Assembly: GCA_964016885.1 (NCBI GenBank)
Contig: OZ024741.1
Coordinates: forward strand, 247,566,001-247,630,000
Source of the DNA: Eledone cirrhosa
Taxonomy: Eukaryota
Length of the DNA stretch: 64,000 nt
Direction: 5' to 3'
The notes beneath the pieces were generated by a model. The model did not search any database, had not been told where the DNA came from, and saw only the letters and a list, made by a program, of their open reading frames with translations. This document shows, in pieces, positions 24,201 to 38,600 of the stretch (position 1 is the first letter of the stretch; every line of letters begins with the position of its first letter). The translations under genes and the position numbers were made by a program.

Positions 24201-27200
24201 TTTTAAAATATTATCTTCCCTTGGCTGGCGGGAAATTATCTCCCCTTGGACGGCTGGAAATTATCTGCCCTTGATTTTCTTTTTACAAATTATCTTCCAC
24301 TGATTTTTTTTACAAATTATCTCCACCTGATTTTTTAAAAAATTATCTCCCCTTGGAAGGCTGGAAATTATCTCCCCTTGGCTGGAAATTATCTCCCCTT
24401 GGACGGCTAGAAATTATCTCTCTTTGGACGGCTGGAAATTATCACCCCTTGAGTTTTTTACAAATTATCTCCCCCTGATTTTTTTTACAAATCTCCCAGT
24501 GATTTTTAAAAAAAAATTATCTCCCCTTCGCTGGCTGGAAATTATCTCCCCTTGGACGCTGGAAATTATAGCACCTTGGAGGGCTGGAAATTATCTTCCC
24601 TTGGACGGCTGGAAATTATCTCCCCTTGACTTTTTTTACAAATTATCTCCCCCTGATTTTTTTTTACAAATTATCTCCCCCTGATTTTTTTTTACAACTT
24701 ATCTGCGCCTGATTTTTTTAAAAAAATTATCTCCCCTTGGACGGCTGGAAATTATCTCCCCTTGGACGGCTGGAAATTATCTCTCCTTGGACGGCTAGAA
24801 TTTACCTCTCCTTGGACGGCTGAAAATTATCTCCCCTTGGACGGCTGGAAATTATCTCCCCTTGATTTTTTTTACAAATTATCTCCCCCTGATTTTTTTT
24901 TACAAATTATCTCCCCCTGATTTTTTTTACAAATTATCTCCCCCTGATTTTTTTTTACAAATTATCTCCCCCTGATTTTTTTTACAAATTATCTCCGCCT
25001 GATTTTTTTAAATATTATCTCTCCTTGGCTGGCGGGAAATTATCTCCCCTTGGACGGCTGGAAATTATCTCCCCTTGGAAGGATGGAAATTATCTCCCCT
25101 TGGACGGCTGGAAATTATCTCCCCTTGGACGGCTGGAAATTACCTCCCCTTGATTTTTTTACAAATTATCTCCCCTTGATTTTTTTTTACAAATTATCTC
25201 CCCCTGATTTTTGTTTACAAATTATCTCCCCTTGGACGGCTGGAAATTATCTCCCCTTGGACGGCTAGAAATTACCTCTCCTTGGACGGCTGAAAATTAT
25301 CTCCCCTTGGACGGCTGGAAATTATCTCCCCTTGATTTGTTTACAAATTATCTCCCCCTGATTTTTTTTTTACAAATTATCTCACCCTGATTTTTTTTAC
25401 AAATTATCTACCCCTGATTTTTTTTTACAAATTATCTCCCCCTGATTTTTTTTACAAATTATCTCCCCCTGATTTTTTTTTTACAAATTATCTCCCCCTG
25501 ATTTTTTTACAAATTATCTCCCCCTGATTTTTTTTACAAATTATCTCCGCCTGATTTTTTTAAATATTATCTCTCCTTGGCTGGCGGGAAATTATCTCCC
25601 CTTGGACGGCTGGAAATTATCTCCCCTTGGAAGGATGGAAATTATCTCCCCTTGGACGGCTGGAAATTATCTACCCCTGATTTTTTTTACAAATTATCTC
25701 CCCCTGATTTATTTTACAAATTATCTCCCCCTGATTTTTTTTTTAAAAATTATCTCCTCCTGATTTTTTTACAAATTATCTCCCCCTGATTTTTTTTACA
25801 AATTATCTCCGCCTGATTTTTTTAAATATTATCTTACCTTGGCTGGCGGGAAATTATCTCCCCTTGGACGGCTGAAAATTATCTCCCCTTGGACGGCTGG
25901 AAATTATCTCCCCCTGATTTTTTTTACAAATTATCTCCCCCTGATTTTTTTTTTACAAATTATCTCCGCCTGATTTTTTTTAAAAAATTATCTCCCCTTG
26001 GACGGCTGGAAATTATCTCCCCTTGGACGGCTGGAAATTATCTCCCCTTGGACGGCTAGAAATTATCTCTCCTTGGACGGCTGAAAATTATCTCCCCTTG
26101 GACGGCTGCAAATTATCTCCCCTTGATTTTTTTTACAAATTATCTCCCCCTGATTTTTTTTACAAATTATCTCCCCCTGATTTTTTTTACAAATTATCTA
26201 CCCCTGATTTTTTTTACAAATTATCTCCCCCTGATTTTTTTTTACAAATTATCTCCCTCTGATTTTTTTTTACAAATTATCTCCCCCTGATTTTTTTTTT
26301 ACAAATTATCTCCCCCTGATTTTTTTACAAATTATCTCCCCCTGATTTTTTTTACAATCTCCGCCTGATTTTTTAAAAAATTATCTTCCCTGGGCTGGCG
26401 GGAAATTATCTCCCCTTGGACGGCTGGAAATTATCTCCCCTTGGAAGGATGGAAATTATCTCCCCTTGGACGGCTGGAAATTATCTCCCCTTGCACGGCT
26501 GGAAATTATCTCCCCTTGGCTGGAAATTATCTCCCCTTGGACGGCTAGAAATTATCTCTCTTTGGACGGCTGGAAATTATCTCCCTTTGATTTTTTTTAC
26601 AAATTATCTCCCTCTGATTTTTTTTACAAATCTCCCCCTGATTTTTTAAAAAAAATTATCTCCCCTTCGCTGGCTGGAAATTATCTCCCCTTGGACACTG
26701 GAAATTATAGCCCCTTGGAGGGCTGGAAATTGTCTTCTCTTGGACGGCTGGAAATTATCTCCCCTTGATTTTTTTTACAAATTATCTCCGCCTGATTTAT
26801 TTTTTAAATTATCTCTCCTTGGACGGCTGGAAATTACCTCCCCTTGATTTTTTTTACAAATTATCTCCCCCTGATTTTTTTTACAAATTATCTCCCCCTG
26901 ATTTTTTTTTACAACTTATCTGCGCCTGATTTTTTTTAAAAAATTATCTCCCCTTGGACGGCTGGAAATTATCTCCCCTTGGACGGCTGGAAATTATCTC
27001 TCCTTGGACGGCTAGAATTTACCTCTCCTTGGACGGCTGAAAATTATCTCCCCTTGGACGGCTGGAAATTACCTCCCCTTGATTTTTTTTACAAATTATC
27101 TCCCCCTGATTTTTTTTTACAAATTATCTCCCCCTGATTTTTGTTTACAAATTATCTCCCCTTGGACGGCTGGAAATTATCTCCCCTTGGACCGCTAGAA

Positions 27201-27357
27201 ATTACCTCTCCTTGGACGGCTGAAAATTATCTCCCCTTGGACGGCTGGAAATTATCTCCCCTTGATTTTTTTACAAATTATCTCCCCCTGATTTTTTTTT
27301 TACAAATTATCTCACCCTGATTTTTTTTACAAATTATCTACCCCTGATTTTTTTTCA

Positions 27358-30300
27358 CAAATTATCTCCCCCTGATTTTTTTTACAAATTATCTCCCCCT
27401 GATTTTTTTTTTACAAATTATCTCCCCCTGATTTTTTTTACAAATTATCTCCGCCTGATTTTTTTAAATATTATCTCTCCTTGGCTGGCGGGAAATTATC
27501 TTCCCTTGGACGGCTGGAAATTATCTCCCCTTGGAAGGATGGAAATTATCTCCCCTTGGACGGCTGGAAATTATCTACCCCTGATTTTTTTTACAAATTA
27601 TCTCCCCCTGATTTATTTTACAAATTATCTCCCCCTGATTTTTTTTTTTAAAATTATCTCCCCCTGATTTTTTTACAAATTATCTCCCCCTGATTTTTTT
27701 TACAAATTATCTCCGCCTGATTTTTTTAAATATTATCTTACCTTGGCTGGCGGGAAATTATCTCCCCTTGGACGGCTGAAAATTATCTCCCCTTGGACGG
27801 CTGGAAATTATCTCCCCTTGATTTTTTTTACAAATTATCTCCCCCTGATTTTTTTTTACAAATTATCTCCGCCTGATTTTTAAAAAAAAATTATCTCCCC
27901 TTCGCTGGCTGGAAATTATCTCCCCTTGGACGCTGGAAATTATAGCCCCTTGGAGGGCTGGAAATTATCTTCCCTTGGACGGCTGGAAATTATCTCCCCT
28001 TGATTTTTTTTACAAATTATCTCCCCCTGATTTTTTTTTACAAATTATCTCCCCCTGATTTTTTTTTACAAATTATCTCCCCCTGATTTTTTTTTTACAA
28101 ATTATCTCCGCCTGATTTTTTAAAAAAATTATCTCCCCTTGGACGGCTGGAAATTATCTCCCTTTGGACGGCTGGAAATTATCTCCCCTTGGACGGCTAG
28201 AAATTATCTCTCCTTGGACGGCTGAAAATTATCTCCCCTTGGACGGCTGCAAATTATCTCCCCTTGATTTTTTTTACAAATTATCTCCCCCTGATTTTTT
28301 TTACAAATTATCTACCCCTGATTTTTTTTACAAATTATCTACCCCTGATTTTTTTTACAAATTATCTCCCCCTGATTTTTTTTTACAAATTATCTCCCTC
28401 TGATTTTTTTTTACAAATTATCTCCCCCTGATTTTTTTTTTACAAATTATCTCCCCCTGACTTTTTTACAAATTATCTCCCCCTGATTTTTTTTACAATC
28501 TCCGCCTGATTTTTTTAAAAATTATCTTCCCTTGGCTGGCGGGAAATTATCTCCCCTTGGACGGCTGGAAATTATCTCCCCTTGGAAGGATGGAAATTAT
28601 CTCCCCTTGGACGGCTGGAAATTATCTCCCTTTGATTTTTTTTACAAATTATCTCCCTCTGATTTTTTTTACAAATCTCCCCCTGATTTTTTAAAAAAAA
28701 TTATCTCCCCTTCGCTGGCTGGAAATTATCTCCCCTTGGACACTGGAAATTATAGCCCCTTGGAGGGCTGGAAATTATCTTCTCTTGGACGGCTGGAAAT
28801 TATCTCCCCTTGATTTTTTTTACAAATTATCTCCGTCTGATTTTTTTTTAAAATTATCTCTCCTTGGACGGCTGGAAATTATCTCCCCTTGATTTTTTAA
28901 AAAATTATCTCCCCTTGGAAGGCTGGAAATTATCTCCCCTTGGCTGGAAATTATCTCCCCTTGGACGGCTAGAAATTATCTCTCTTTGGACGGCTGGAAA
29001 TTATCACCCCTTGAGTTTTTTTACAAATTATCTCCCCCTGATTTTTTTTACAAATCTCCCAGTGATTTTTTAAAAAAAATTATCTCCCCTTCGCTGGCTG
29101 GAAATTATCTCCCCTTGGACGCTGGAAATTATAGCCCCTTGGAGGGCTGGAAATTATCTTCCCTTGGACGGCTGGAAATTATCTCCCCTTGATTTTTTTT
29201 ACAAATTATCTCCCCCTGATTTTTTTTACAAATTATCTCCCCCTGATTTTTTTTTACAACTTATCTGCGCCTGATTTTTTTTAAAAAATTATCTCCCCTT
29301 GGACGGCTGGAAATTATCTCCCCTTGGACGGCTGGAAATTATCTCTCCTTGGACGGCTAGAATTTACCTCTCCTTGGACGGCTGAAAATTATCTCCCCTT
29401 GGACGGCTGGAAATTACCTCCCCTTGATTTTTTTTACAAATTATCTCCCCCTGATTTTTTTTTACAAATTATCTCCCCCTGATTTTTTTTTACAAATTAT
29501 CTCCCCCTGATTTTTTTTTACAAATTATCTCCCCCTGATTTTTTTTACAAATTATCTCCCCTTGGCTGGCTGGAAATTATCTCCCCTTGGAGGCTGGAAC
29601 TTATCTCCCCTTGGACGGCTGGAACTTATCTCCCCTTGGACGGCTAGAAATTACCTCTCCTTGGACGGCTGGAAAATATGTCTCCTTGGACGGCTGGAAA
29701 TTATCTCCCCTTGGACGGCTGGAAATTATCTCCCTTGGACGGCTGGAAATTATCTCCCCTTGGATGGCTAGATATTACCTCCCCTTGGACGGCTGGAAAT
29801 TATCTCCCCTTGATTTTTTTTAGAAATTATCTCCCCCTGATTTTTTTTTACAAATTATCTCCCCCTGATTTTTTATTACAAATTATCTCCCCCTGATTTT
29901 TGTTTACAAATTATCTCCGCCTGATTTTTTTTTAAAAATTATCTCCCCTTGGACGGCTGGAAATTATCTCCCCTTGGACGGCTAGAAATTACCTCTCCTT
30001 GGACGGCTGAAAATTATCTCCACTTGGACGGCTGGAAATTATCTCCCCTTGATTTTTTTACAAATTATCTCCCCCTGATTTTTTTTTACAAATTATCTAC
30101 CCCTGATTTTTTTTTACAAATTATCTACCCCTGATTTTTTTTTACAAATTATCTCCCTCTGATTTTTTTTACAAATTATCTCCCTCTGATTTTTTTTTTA
30201 CAAATTATCTCCCCCTGATTTTTTTACAAATTATCTCCCCCTGATTTTTTTTACAAATTATCTCCGCCTGATTTTTTTAAATATTATCTCTCCTTGGCTG

Positions 30301-33300
30301 GCGGGAAATTATCTCCCCTTGGACGGCTGGAAATTATCTCCCCTTGGAAGGATGGAAATTATCTCCCCTTGGACGGCTGGAAATTATCTACCCCTGATTT
30401 TTTTTACAAATTATCTCCCCCTGATTTTTTTTACAAATTATCTCCCCCTGATTTTTTTTTTACAAATTATCTCCCCCTGATTTTTTTTACAAATTATCTC
30501 CGCCTGATTTTTTTAAATATTATCTCTCCTTGGCTGGCGGGAAATTATCTTCCCTTGGACGGCTGGAAATTATCTCCCCTTGGAAGGATGGAAATTATCT
30601 CCCCTTGGACGGCTGGAAATTATCTACCCCTGATTTTTTTTACAAATTATCTCCCCCTGATTTATTTTACAAATTATCTCCCCCTGATTTTTTTTTTTAA
30701 AATTATCTCCCCCTGATTTTTTTACAAATTATCTCCCCCTGATTTTTTTTACAAATTATCTCCGCCTGATTTTTTTAAATATTATCTTACCTTGGCTGGC
30801 GGGAAATTATCTCCCCTTGGACGGCTGAAAATTATCTCCCCTTGGACGGCTGGAAATTATCTCCCCTTGATTTTTTTTACAAATTATCTCCCCCTGATTT
30901 TTTTTTACAAATTATCTCCGCCTGATTTTTAAAAAAAAATTATCTCCCCTTCGCTGGCTGGAAATTATCTCCCCTTGGACGCTGGAAATTATAGCCCCTT
31001 GGAGGGCTGGAAATTATCTTCCCTTGGACGGCTGGAAATTATCTCCCCTTGATTTTTTTTACAAATTATCTCCCCCTGATTTTTTTTTACAAATTATCTC
31101 CCCCTGATTTTTTTTTACAAATTATCTCCCCCTGATTTTTTTTTTACAAATTATCTCCGCCTGATTTTTTAAAAAAATTATCTCCCCTTGGACGGCTGGA
31201 AATTATCTCCCTTTGGACGGCTGGAAATTATCTCCCCTTGGACGGCTAGAAATTATCTCTCCTTGGACGGCTGAAAATTATCTCCCCTTGGACGGCTGCA
31301 AATTATCTCCCCTTGATTTTTTTTACAAATTATCTCCCCCTGATTTTTTTTACAAATTATCTACCCCTGATTTTTTTTACAAATTATCTACCCCTGATTT
31401 TTTTTACAAATTATCTCCCCCTGATTTTTTTTTACAAATTATCTCCCTCTGATTTTTTTTTACAAATTATCTCCCCCTGATTTTTTTTTTACAAATTATC
31501 TCCCCCTGACTTTTTTACAAATTATCTCCCCCTGATTTTTTTTACAATCTCCGCCTGATTTTTTTAAAAATTATCTTCCCTTGGCTGGCGGGAAATTATC
31601 TCCCCTTGGACGGCTGGAAATTATCTCCCCTTGGAAGGATGGAAATTATCTCCCCTTGGACGGCTGGAAATTATCTCCCTTTGATTTTTTTTACAAATTA
31701 TCTCCCTCTGATTTTTTTTACAAATCTCCCCCTGATTTTTTAAAAAAAATTATCTCCCCTTCGCTGGCTGGAAATTATCTCCCCTTGGACACTGGAAATT
31801 ATAGCCCCTTGGAGGGCTGGAAATTATCTTCTCTTGGACGGCTGGAAATTATCTCCCCTTGATTTTTTTTACAAATTATCTCCGTCTGATTTTTTTTTAA
31901 AATTATCTCTCCTTGGACGGCTGGAAATTATCTCCCCTTGATTTTTTAAAAAATTATCTCCCCTTGGAAGGCTGGAAATTATCTCCCCTTGGCTGGAAAT
32001 TATCTCCCCTTGGACGGCTAGAAATTATCTCTCTTTGGACGGCTGGAAATTATCACCCCTTGAGTTTTTTTACAAATTATCTCCCCCTGATTTTTTTTAC
32101 AAATCTCCCAGTGATTTTTTAAAAAAAATTATCTCCCCTTCGCTGGCTGGAAATTATCTCCCCTTGGACGCTGGAAATTATAGCCCCTTGGAGGGCTGGA
32201 AATTATCTTCCCTTGGACGGCTGGAAATTATCTCCCCTTGATTTTTTTTACAAATTATCTCCCCCTGATTTTTTTTACAAATTATCTCCCCCTGATTTTT
32301 TTTTACAACTTATCTGCGCCTGATTTTTTTTAAAAAATTATCTCCCCTTGGACGGCTGGAAATTATCTCCCCTTGGACGGCTGGAAATTATCTCTCCTTG
32401 GACGGCTAGAATTTACCTCTCCTTGGACGGCTGAAAATTATCTCCCCTTGGACGGCTGGAAATTACCTCCCCTTGATTTTTTTTACAAATTATCTCCCCC
32501 TGATTTTTTTTTACAAATTATCTCCCCCTGATTTTTTTTTACAAATTATCTCCCCCTGATTTTTTTTTACAAATTATCTCCCCCTGATTTTTTTTACAAA
32601 TTATCTCCCCTTGGCTGGCTGGAAATTATCTCCCCTTGGAGGCTGGAACTTATCTCCCCTTGGACGGCTGGAACTTATCTCCCCTTGGACGGCTAGAAAT
32701 TACCTCTCCTTGGACGGCTGGAAAATATGTCTCCTTGGACGGCTGGAAATTATCTCCCCTTGGACGGCTGGAAATTATCTCCCTTGGACGGCTGGAAATT
32801 ATCTCCCCTTGGATGGCTAGATATTACCTCCCCTTGGACGGCTGGAAATTATCTCCCCTTGATTTTTTTTAGAAATTATCTCCCCCTGATTTTTTTTTAC
32901 AAATTATCTCCCCCTGATTTTTTATTACAAATTATCTCCCCCTGATTTTTGTTTACAAATTATCTCCGCCTGATTTTTTTTTAAAAATTATCTCCCCTTG
33001 GACGGCTGGAAATTATCTCCCCTTGGACGGCTAGAAATTACCTCTCCTTGGACGGCTGAAAATTATCTCCACTTGGACGGCTGGAAATTATCTCCCCTTG
33101 ATTTTTTTACAAATTATCTCCCCCTGATTTTTTTTTACAAATTATCTACCCCTGATTTTTTTTTACAAATTATCTACCCCTGATTTTTTTTTACAAATTA
33201 TCTCCCTCTGATTTTTTTTACAAATTATCTCCCTCTGATTTTTTTTTTACAAATTATCTCCCCCTGATTTTTTTACAAATTATCTCCCCCTGATTTTTTT

Positions 33301-33495
33301 TACAAATTATCTCCGCCTGATTTTTTTAAATATTATCTCTCCTTGGCTGGCGGGAAATTATCTCCCCTTGGACGGCTGGAAATTATCTCCCCTTGGAAGG
33401 ATGGAAATTATCTCCCCTTGGACGGCTGGAAATTATCTACCCCTGATTTTTTTTACAAATTATCTCCCCCTGATTTTTTTTACAAATTATCTCCC
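27358..33495 (+). repeat. 3,049-bp near-identical tandem duplication
   Basis: Pairs 28164/31213, 28532/31581, 29562/32611 and 30294/33343 differ by 3,049. Checked by eye at 27481/30530; junction near 30,407-30,445. Confidence 0.9.
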
Positions 33496-35699
33496 CTTGA
33501 TTTTTTTTTACAAATTATCTACCCCTGATTTTTTTTACAAATTATCTCCCCCTGATTTTTTTTACAAATTATCTCCCCCTGATTTTTTTTTTACAAATTA
33601 TCTCCCCCTGATTTTTTTACAAATTATCTCCCCCTGATTTTTTTTACAAATTATCTCCCCTTGGAGGCTGGAATTTATCTCCCCTTGGACGGCTGAAAAT
33701 TATCTCCCCTTGGACGGCTGGAAATTATCTCCCCTTGATTTTTTTTACAAATTATCTCCCCCTGATTTTTTTTTACAAATTATCTCCCCCTGATTTTTTT
33801 TACAAATTATCTCCCCCTGATTTTTTTTTACAAATTATCTGCCGCTGATTTTTTTTACAAATTATCTCCCCTTGGAGGCTGGAATTTATCTCCCCTTGGA
33901 CGGCTAGAAATTACCTCTCCTTGGACGGCTGGAAAATATGTCTCCTTGGACAGCTGGATATTATCTCCCCTTGGACGGCTGGAAATTATCTCCCCATGGA
34001 CGGCTGGAAATTATCTCCCCTTGGACGGCTAGAAATTATCTCTCCTTGGACGGCTGAAAATTATCTCCCCTTGGACGGCTGCAAATTATCTCCCCTTGAT
34101 TTTTTTTATAAATTATCTCCCCTTGATTTTTTTTACAAATTATCTACCCCTGATTTTTTTTACAAATTATCTCCCCCTGATTTTTTTTTACAAATTATCT
34201 ACCTCTGATTTTTTTTTACAAATTATCTCCCCCTGATTTTTTTTTTACAAATTATCTTCCCCTGATTTTTTTACAAATTATCTCCCCCTGATTTTTTTTA
34301 CAATCTCCGCCTGATTTTTTTAAAAATTATCTTCCCTTGGCTGGCGGGAAATTATCTCCCCTTGGACGGCTGGAAATTATCTCCCCTTGGAAGGATGGAA
34401 ATTATCTCCCCTTGGACGGCTGGAAATTATCTCCCCTTGCACGGCTGGAAATTATCTCCCCTTGGCTGGAAATTATCTCCCCTTGGACGGCTAGAAATTA
34501 TCTCTCTTTGGACGGCTGGAAATTATCACCCCTTGAGTTTTTTACAAATTATCTCCCCCTGATTTTTTTTACAAATCTCCCAGTGATTTTTTAAAAAAAT
34601 TATCTCCCCTTGGACGGCTGGAAATTATCTCCCCTTGGACGGCTGGAAATTATCTCGCCTTGGACAGCTAGAATTTACCTCTCCTTGGACGGCTGAAAAT
34701 TATCTCCCCTTGGGCGGCTGGAAATTATCTCCCCTTGATTGTTTTTACAAATTATCTCCCCCTGATTTTTTTTACAAATTATCTCCCCCTGATTTTTTTT
34801 TACAAATTATCTGCCGCTGATTTTTTTTACAAATTATCTCCCCTTGGAGGCTGGAATTTATCTCCCCTTGGACGGCTAGAAATTACCTCTCCTTGGACGG
34901 CTGAAAATTATCTCCCCTTGGACGGCTGCAAATTATCTCCCCTTGATTTTTTTTATAAATTATCTTCCCCTGATTTTTTTTACAAATTATCTCCCCCTGA
35001 TTTTTTTTACAAATTATCTACCCCTGATTTTTTTTACAAATTATCTCCCCCTGATTTTTTTTTACAAATTATCTACCTCTGATTTTTTTTTACAAATTAT
35101 CTCCCCCTGATTTTTTTTTTACAAATTATCTTCCCCTGATTTTTTTACAAATTATCTCCCCCTGATTTTTTTTACAATCTCCGCCTGATTTTTTTAAAAA
35201 TTATCTTCCCTTGGCTGGCGGGAAATTATCTCCCCTTGGACGGCTGGAAATTATCTCCCCTTGGAAGGATGGAAATTATCTCCCCTTGGACGGCTGGAAA
35301 TTATCTCCCCTTGCACGGCTGGAAATTATCTCCCCTTGGCTGGAAATTATCTCCCCTTGGACGGCTAGAAATTATCTCTCTTTGGACGGCTGGAAATTAT
35401 CACCCCTTGAGTTTTTTACAATTTATCTCCCCCTGATTTTTTTTACAAATCTCCCAGTGATTTTTTAAAAAAATTATCTCCCCTTGGACGGCTGGAAATT
35501 ATCTCCCCTTGGACGGCTGGAAATTATCTCGCCTTGGACGGCTAGAATTTACCTCTCCTTGGACGGCTGAAAATTATCTCCCCTTGGACGGCTGGAAATT
35601 ATCTCCCCTTGGAGGCTGGAACTTATCTCCCCTTGGACGGCTAGAAATTACCTCTCCTTGGACGGCTGGAAAATATGTCTCCTTGGACGGACGGATATT

Positions 35700-38600
35700 A
35701 TCTCCCCTTGGACGGCTGGAAATTATCTCCCCTTGGACGGCTGGAAATTATCTCCCCTTGGATGGCTAGATATTACCTCCCCTTGGACGGCTGGAAATTA
35801 TCTCCCCTTGATTTTTTTTACAAATTATCTCCCCCTGATTTTTTTTTACAAATTATCTCCCCCTGATTTTTTTTTAAAAATTATCTCCCCCTGATTTTTG
35901 TTTACAAATTATCTCCGCCTGATTTTTTTTAAAAAATTATCTACCCTTGGACGGCTGGAAATTATCTCCCCTTGGACGGCTGGAAATTATATCTCCTTGG
36001 ACGGCTAGAATTTACCTCTCCTTGGACGGCTGAAAATTATCTCCCCTTGGACGGCTGGAAATTATCTCTCTTTGGACGGCTGGAAATTATCTCCCTTTGA
36101 TTTTTTTTACAAATTATCTCCCTCTGATTTTTTTTACAAATCTCCCCCTGATTTTTTAAAAAAAATTATCTCCCCTTCGCTGGCTGGAAATTATCTCCCC
36201 TTGGACACTGGAAATTATAGCCCCTTGGAGGGCTGGAAATTGTCTTCTCTTGGACGGCTGGAAATTATCTCCCCTTGATTTTTTTTACAAATTATCTCCG
36301 CCTGATTTATTTTTTAAATTATCTCTCCTTGGACGGCTGGAAATTACCTCCCCTTGATTTTTTTTACAAATTATCTCCCCCTGATTTTTTTTACAAATTA
36401 TCTCCCCCTGATTTTTTTTTACAACTTATCTGCGCCTGATTTTTTTTAAAAAATTATCTCCCCTTGGACGGCTGGAAATTATCTCCCCTTGGACGGCTGG
36501 AAATTATCTCTCCTTGGACGGCTAGAATTTACCTCTCCTTGGACGGCTGAAAATTATCTCCCCTTGGACGGCTGGAAATTACCTCCCCTTGATTTTTTTT
36601 ACAAATTATCTCCCCCTGATTTTTTTTTACAAATTATCTCCCCCTGATTTTTGTTTACAAATTATCTCCCCTTGGACGGCTGGAAATTATCTCCCCTTGG
36701 ACCGCTAGAAATTACCTCTCCTTGGACGGCTGAAAATTATCTCCCCTTGGACGGCTGGAAATTATCTCCCCTTGATTTTTTTACAAATTATCTCCCCCTG
36801 ATTTTTTTTTTACAAATTATCTCACCCTGATTTTTTTTACAAATTATCTACCCCTGATTTTTTTTCACAAATTATCTCCCCCTGATTTTTTTTACAAATT
36901 ATCTCCCCCTGATTTTTTTTTTACAAATTATCTCCCCCTGATTTTTTTTACAAATTATCTCCGCCTGATTTTTTTAAATATTATCTCTCCTTGGCTGGCG
37001 GGAAATTATCTTCCCTTGGACGGCTGGAAATTATCTCCCCTTGGAAGGATGGAAATTATCTCCCCTTGGACGGCTGGAAATTATCTACCCCTGATTTTTT
37101 TTACAAATTATCTCCCCCTGATTTATTTTACAAATTATCTCCCCCTGATTTTTTTTTTTAAAATTATCTCCCCCTGATTTTTTTACAAATTATCTCCCCC
37201 TGATTTTTTTTACAAATTATCTCCGCCTGATTTTTTTAAATATTATCTTACCTTGGCTGGCGGGAAATTATCTCCCCTTGGACGGCTGAAAATTATCTCC
37301 CCTTGGACGGCTGGAAATTATCTCCCCTTGATTTTTTTTACAAATTATCTCCCCCTGATTTTTTTTTACAAATTATCTCCGCCTGATTTTTAAAAAAAAA
37401 TTATCTCCCCTTCGCTGGCTGGAAATTATCTCCCCTTGGACGCTGGAAATTATAGCCCCTTGGAGGGCTGGAAATTATCTTCCCTTGGACGGCTGGAAAT
37501 TATCTCCCCTTGATTTTTTTTACAAATTATCTCCCCCTGATTTTTTTTTACAAATTATCTCCCCCTGATTTTTTTTTACAAATTATCTCCCCCTGATTTT
37601 TTTTTTACAAATTATCTCCGCCTGATTTTTTTAAAAAATTATCTCCCCTTGGACGGCTGGAAATTATCTCCCTTTGGACGGCTGGAAATTATCTCCCCTT
37701 GGACGGCTAGAAATTATCTCTCCTTGGACGGCTGAAAATTATCTCCCCTTGGACGGCTGCAAATTATCTCCCCTTGATTTTTTTTACAAATTATCTCCCC
37801 CTGATTTTTTTTACAAATTATCTACCCCTGATTTTTTTTACAAATTATCTACCCCTGATTTTTTTTACAAATTATCTCCCCCTGATTTTTTTTTACAAAT
37901 TATCTCCCTCTGATTTTTTTTTACAAATTATCTCCCCCTGATTTTTTTTTTACAAATTATCTCCCCCTGACTTTTTTACAAATTATCTCCCCCTGATTTT
38001 TTTTACAATCTCCGCCTGATTTTTTTAAAAATTATCTTCCCTTGGCTGGCGGGAAATTATCTCCCCTTGGACGGCTGGAAATTATCTCCCCTTGGAAGGA
38101 TGGAAATTATCTCCCCTTGGACGGCTGGAAATTATCTCCCTTTGATTTTTTTTACAAATTATCTCCCTCTGATTTTTTTTACAAATCTCCCCCTGATTTT
38201 TTAAAAAAAATTATCTCCCCTTCGCTGGCTGGAAATTATCTCCCCTTGGACACTGGAAATTATAGCCCCTTGGAGGGCTGGAAATTATCTTCTCTTGGAC
38301 GGCTGGAAATTATCTCCCCTTGATTTTTTTTACAAATTATCTCCGTCTGATTTTTTTTTAAAATTATCTCTCCTTGGACGGCTGGAAATTATCTCCCCTT
38401 GATTTTTTAAAAAATTATCTCCCCTTGGAAGGCTGGAAATTATCTCCCCTTGGCTGGAAATTATCTCCCCTTGGACGGCTAGAAATTATCTCTCTTTGGA
38501 CGGCTGGAAATTATCACCCCTTGAGTTTTTTTACAAATTATCTCCCCCTGATTTTTTTTACAAATCTCCCAGTGATTTTTTAAAAAAAATTATCTCCCCT

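Larger units (their letters stand above)
800..24990 (+). repeat. Higher-order superunit, copy 1 (~24.2 kb)
   Basis: The start matches ~24,990 onward (883/25050, 2140/26416, 3699/28164, 5097/29562). The rest matches 45-61.8 kb (8983/45797, 14770/51586, 20240/57056, 23904/60720, 24424/61268). Confidence 0.85.
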
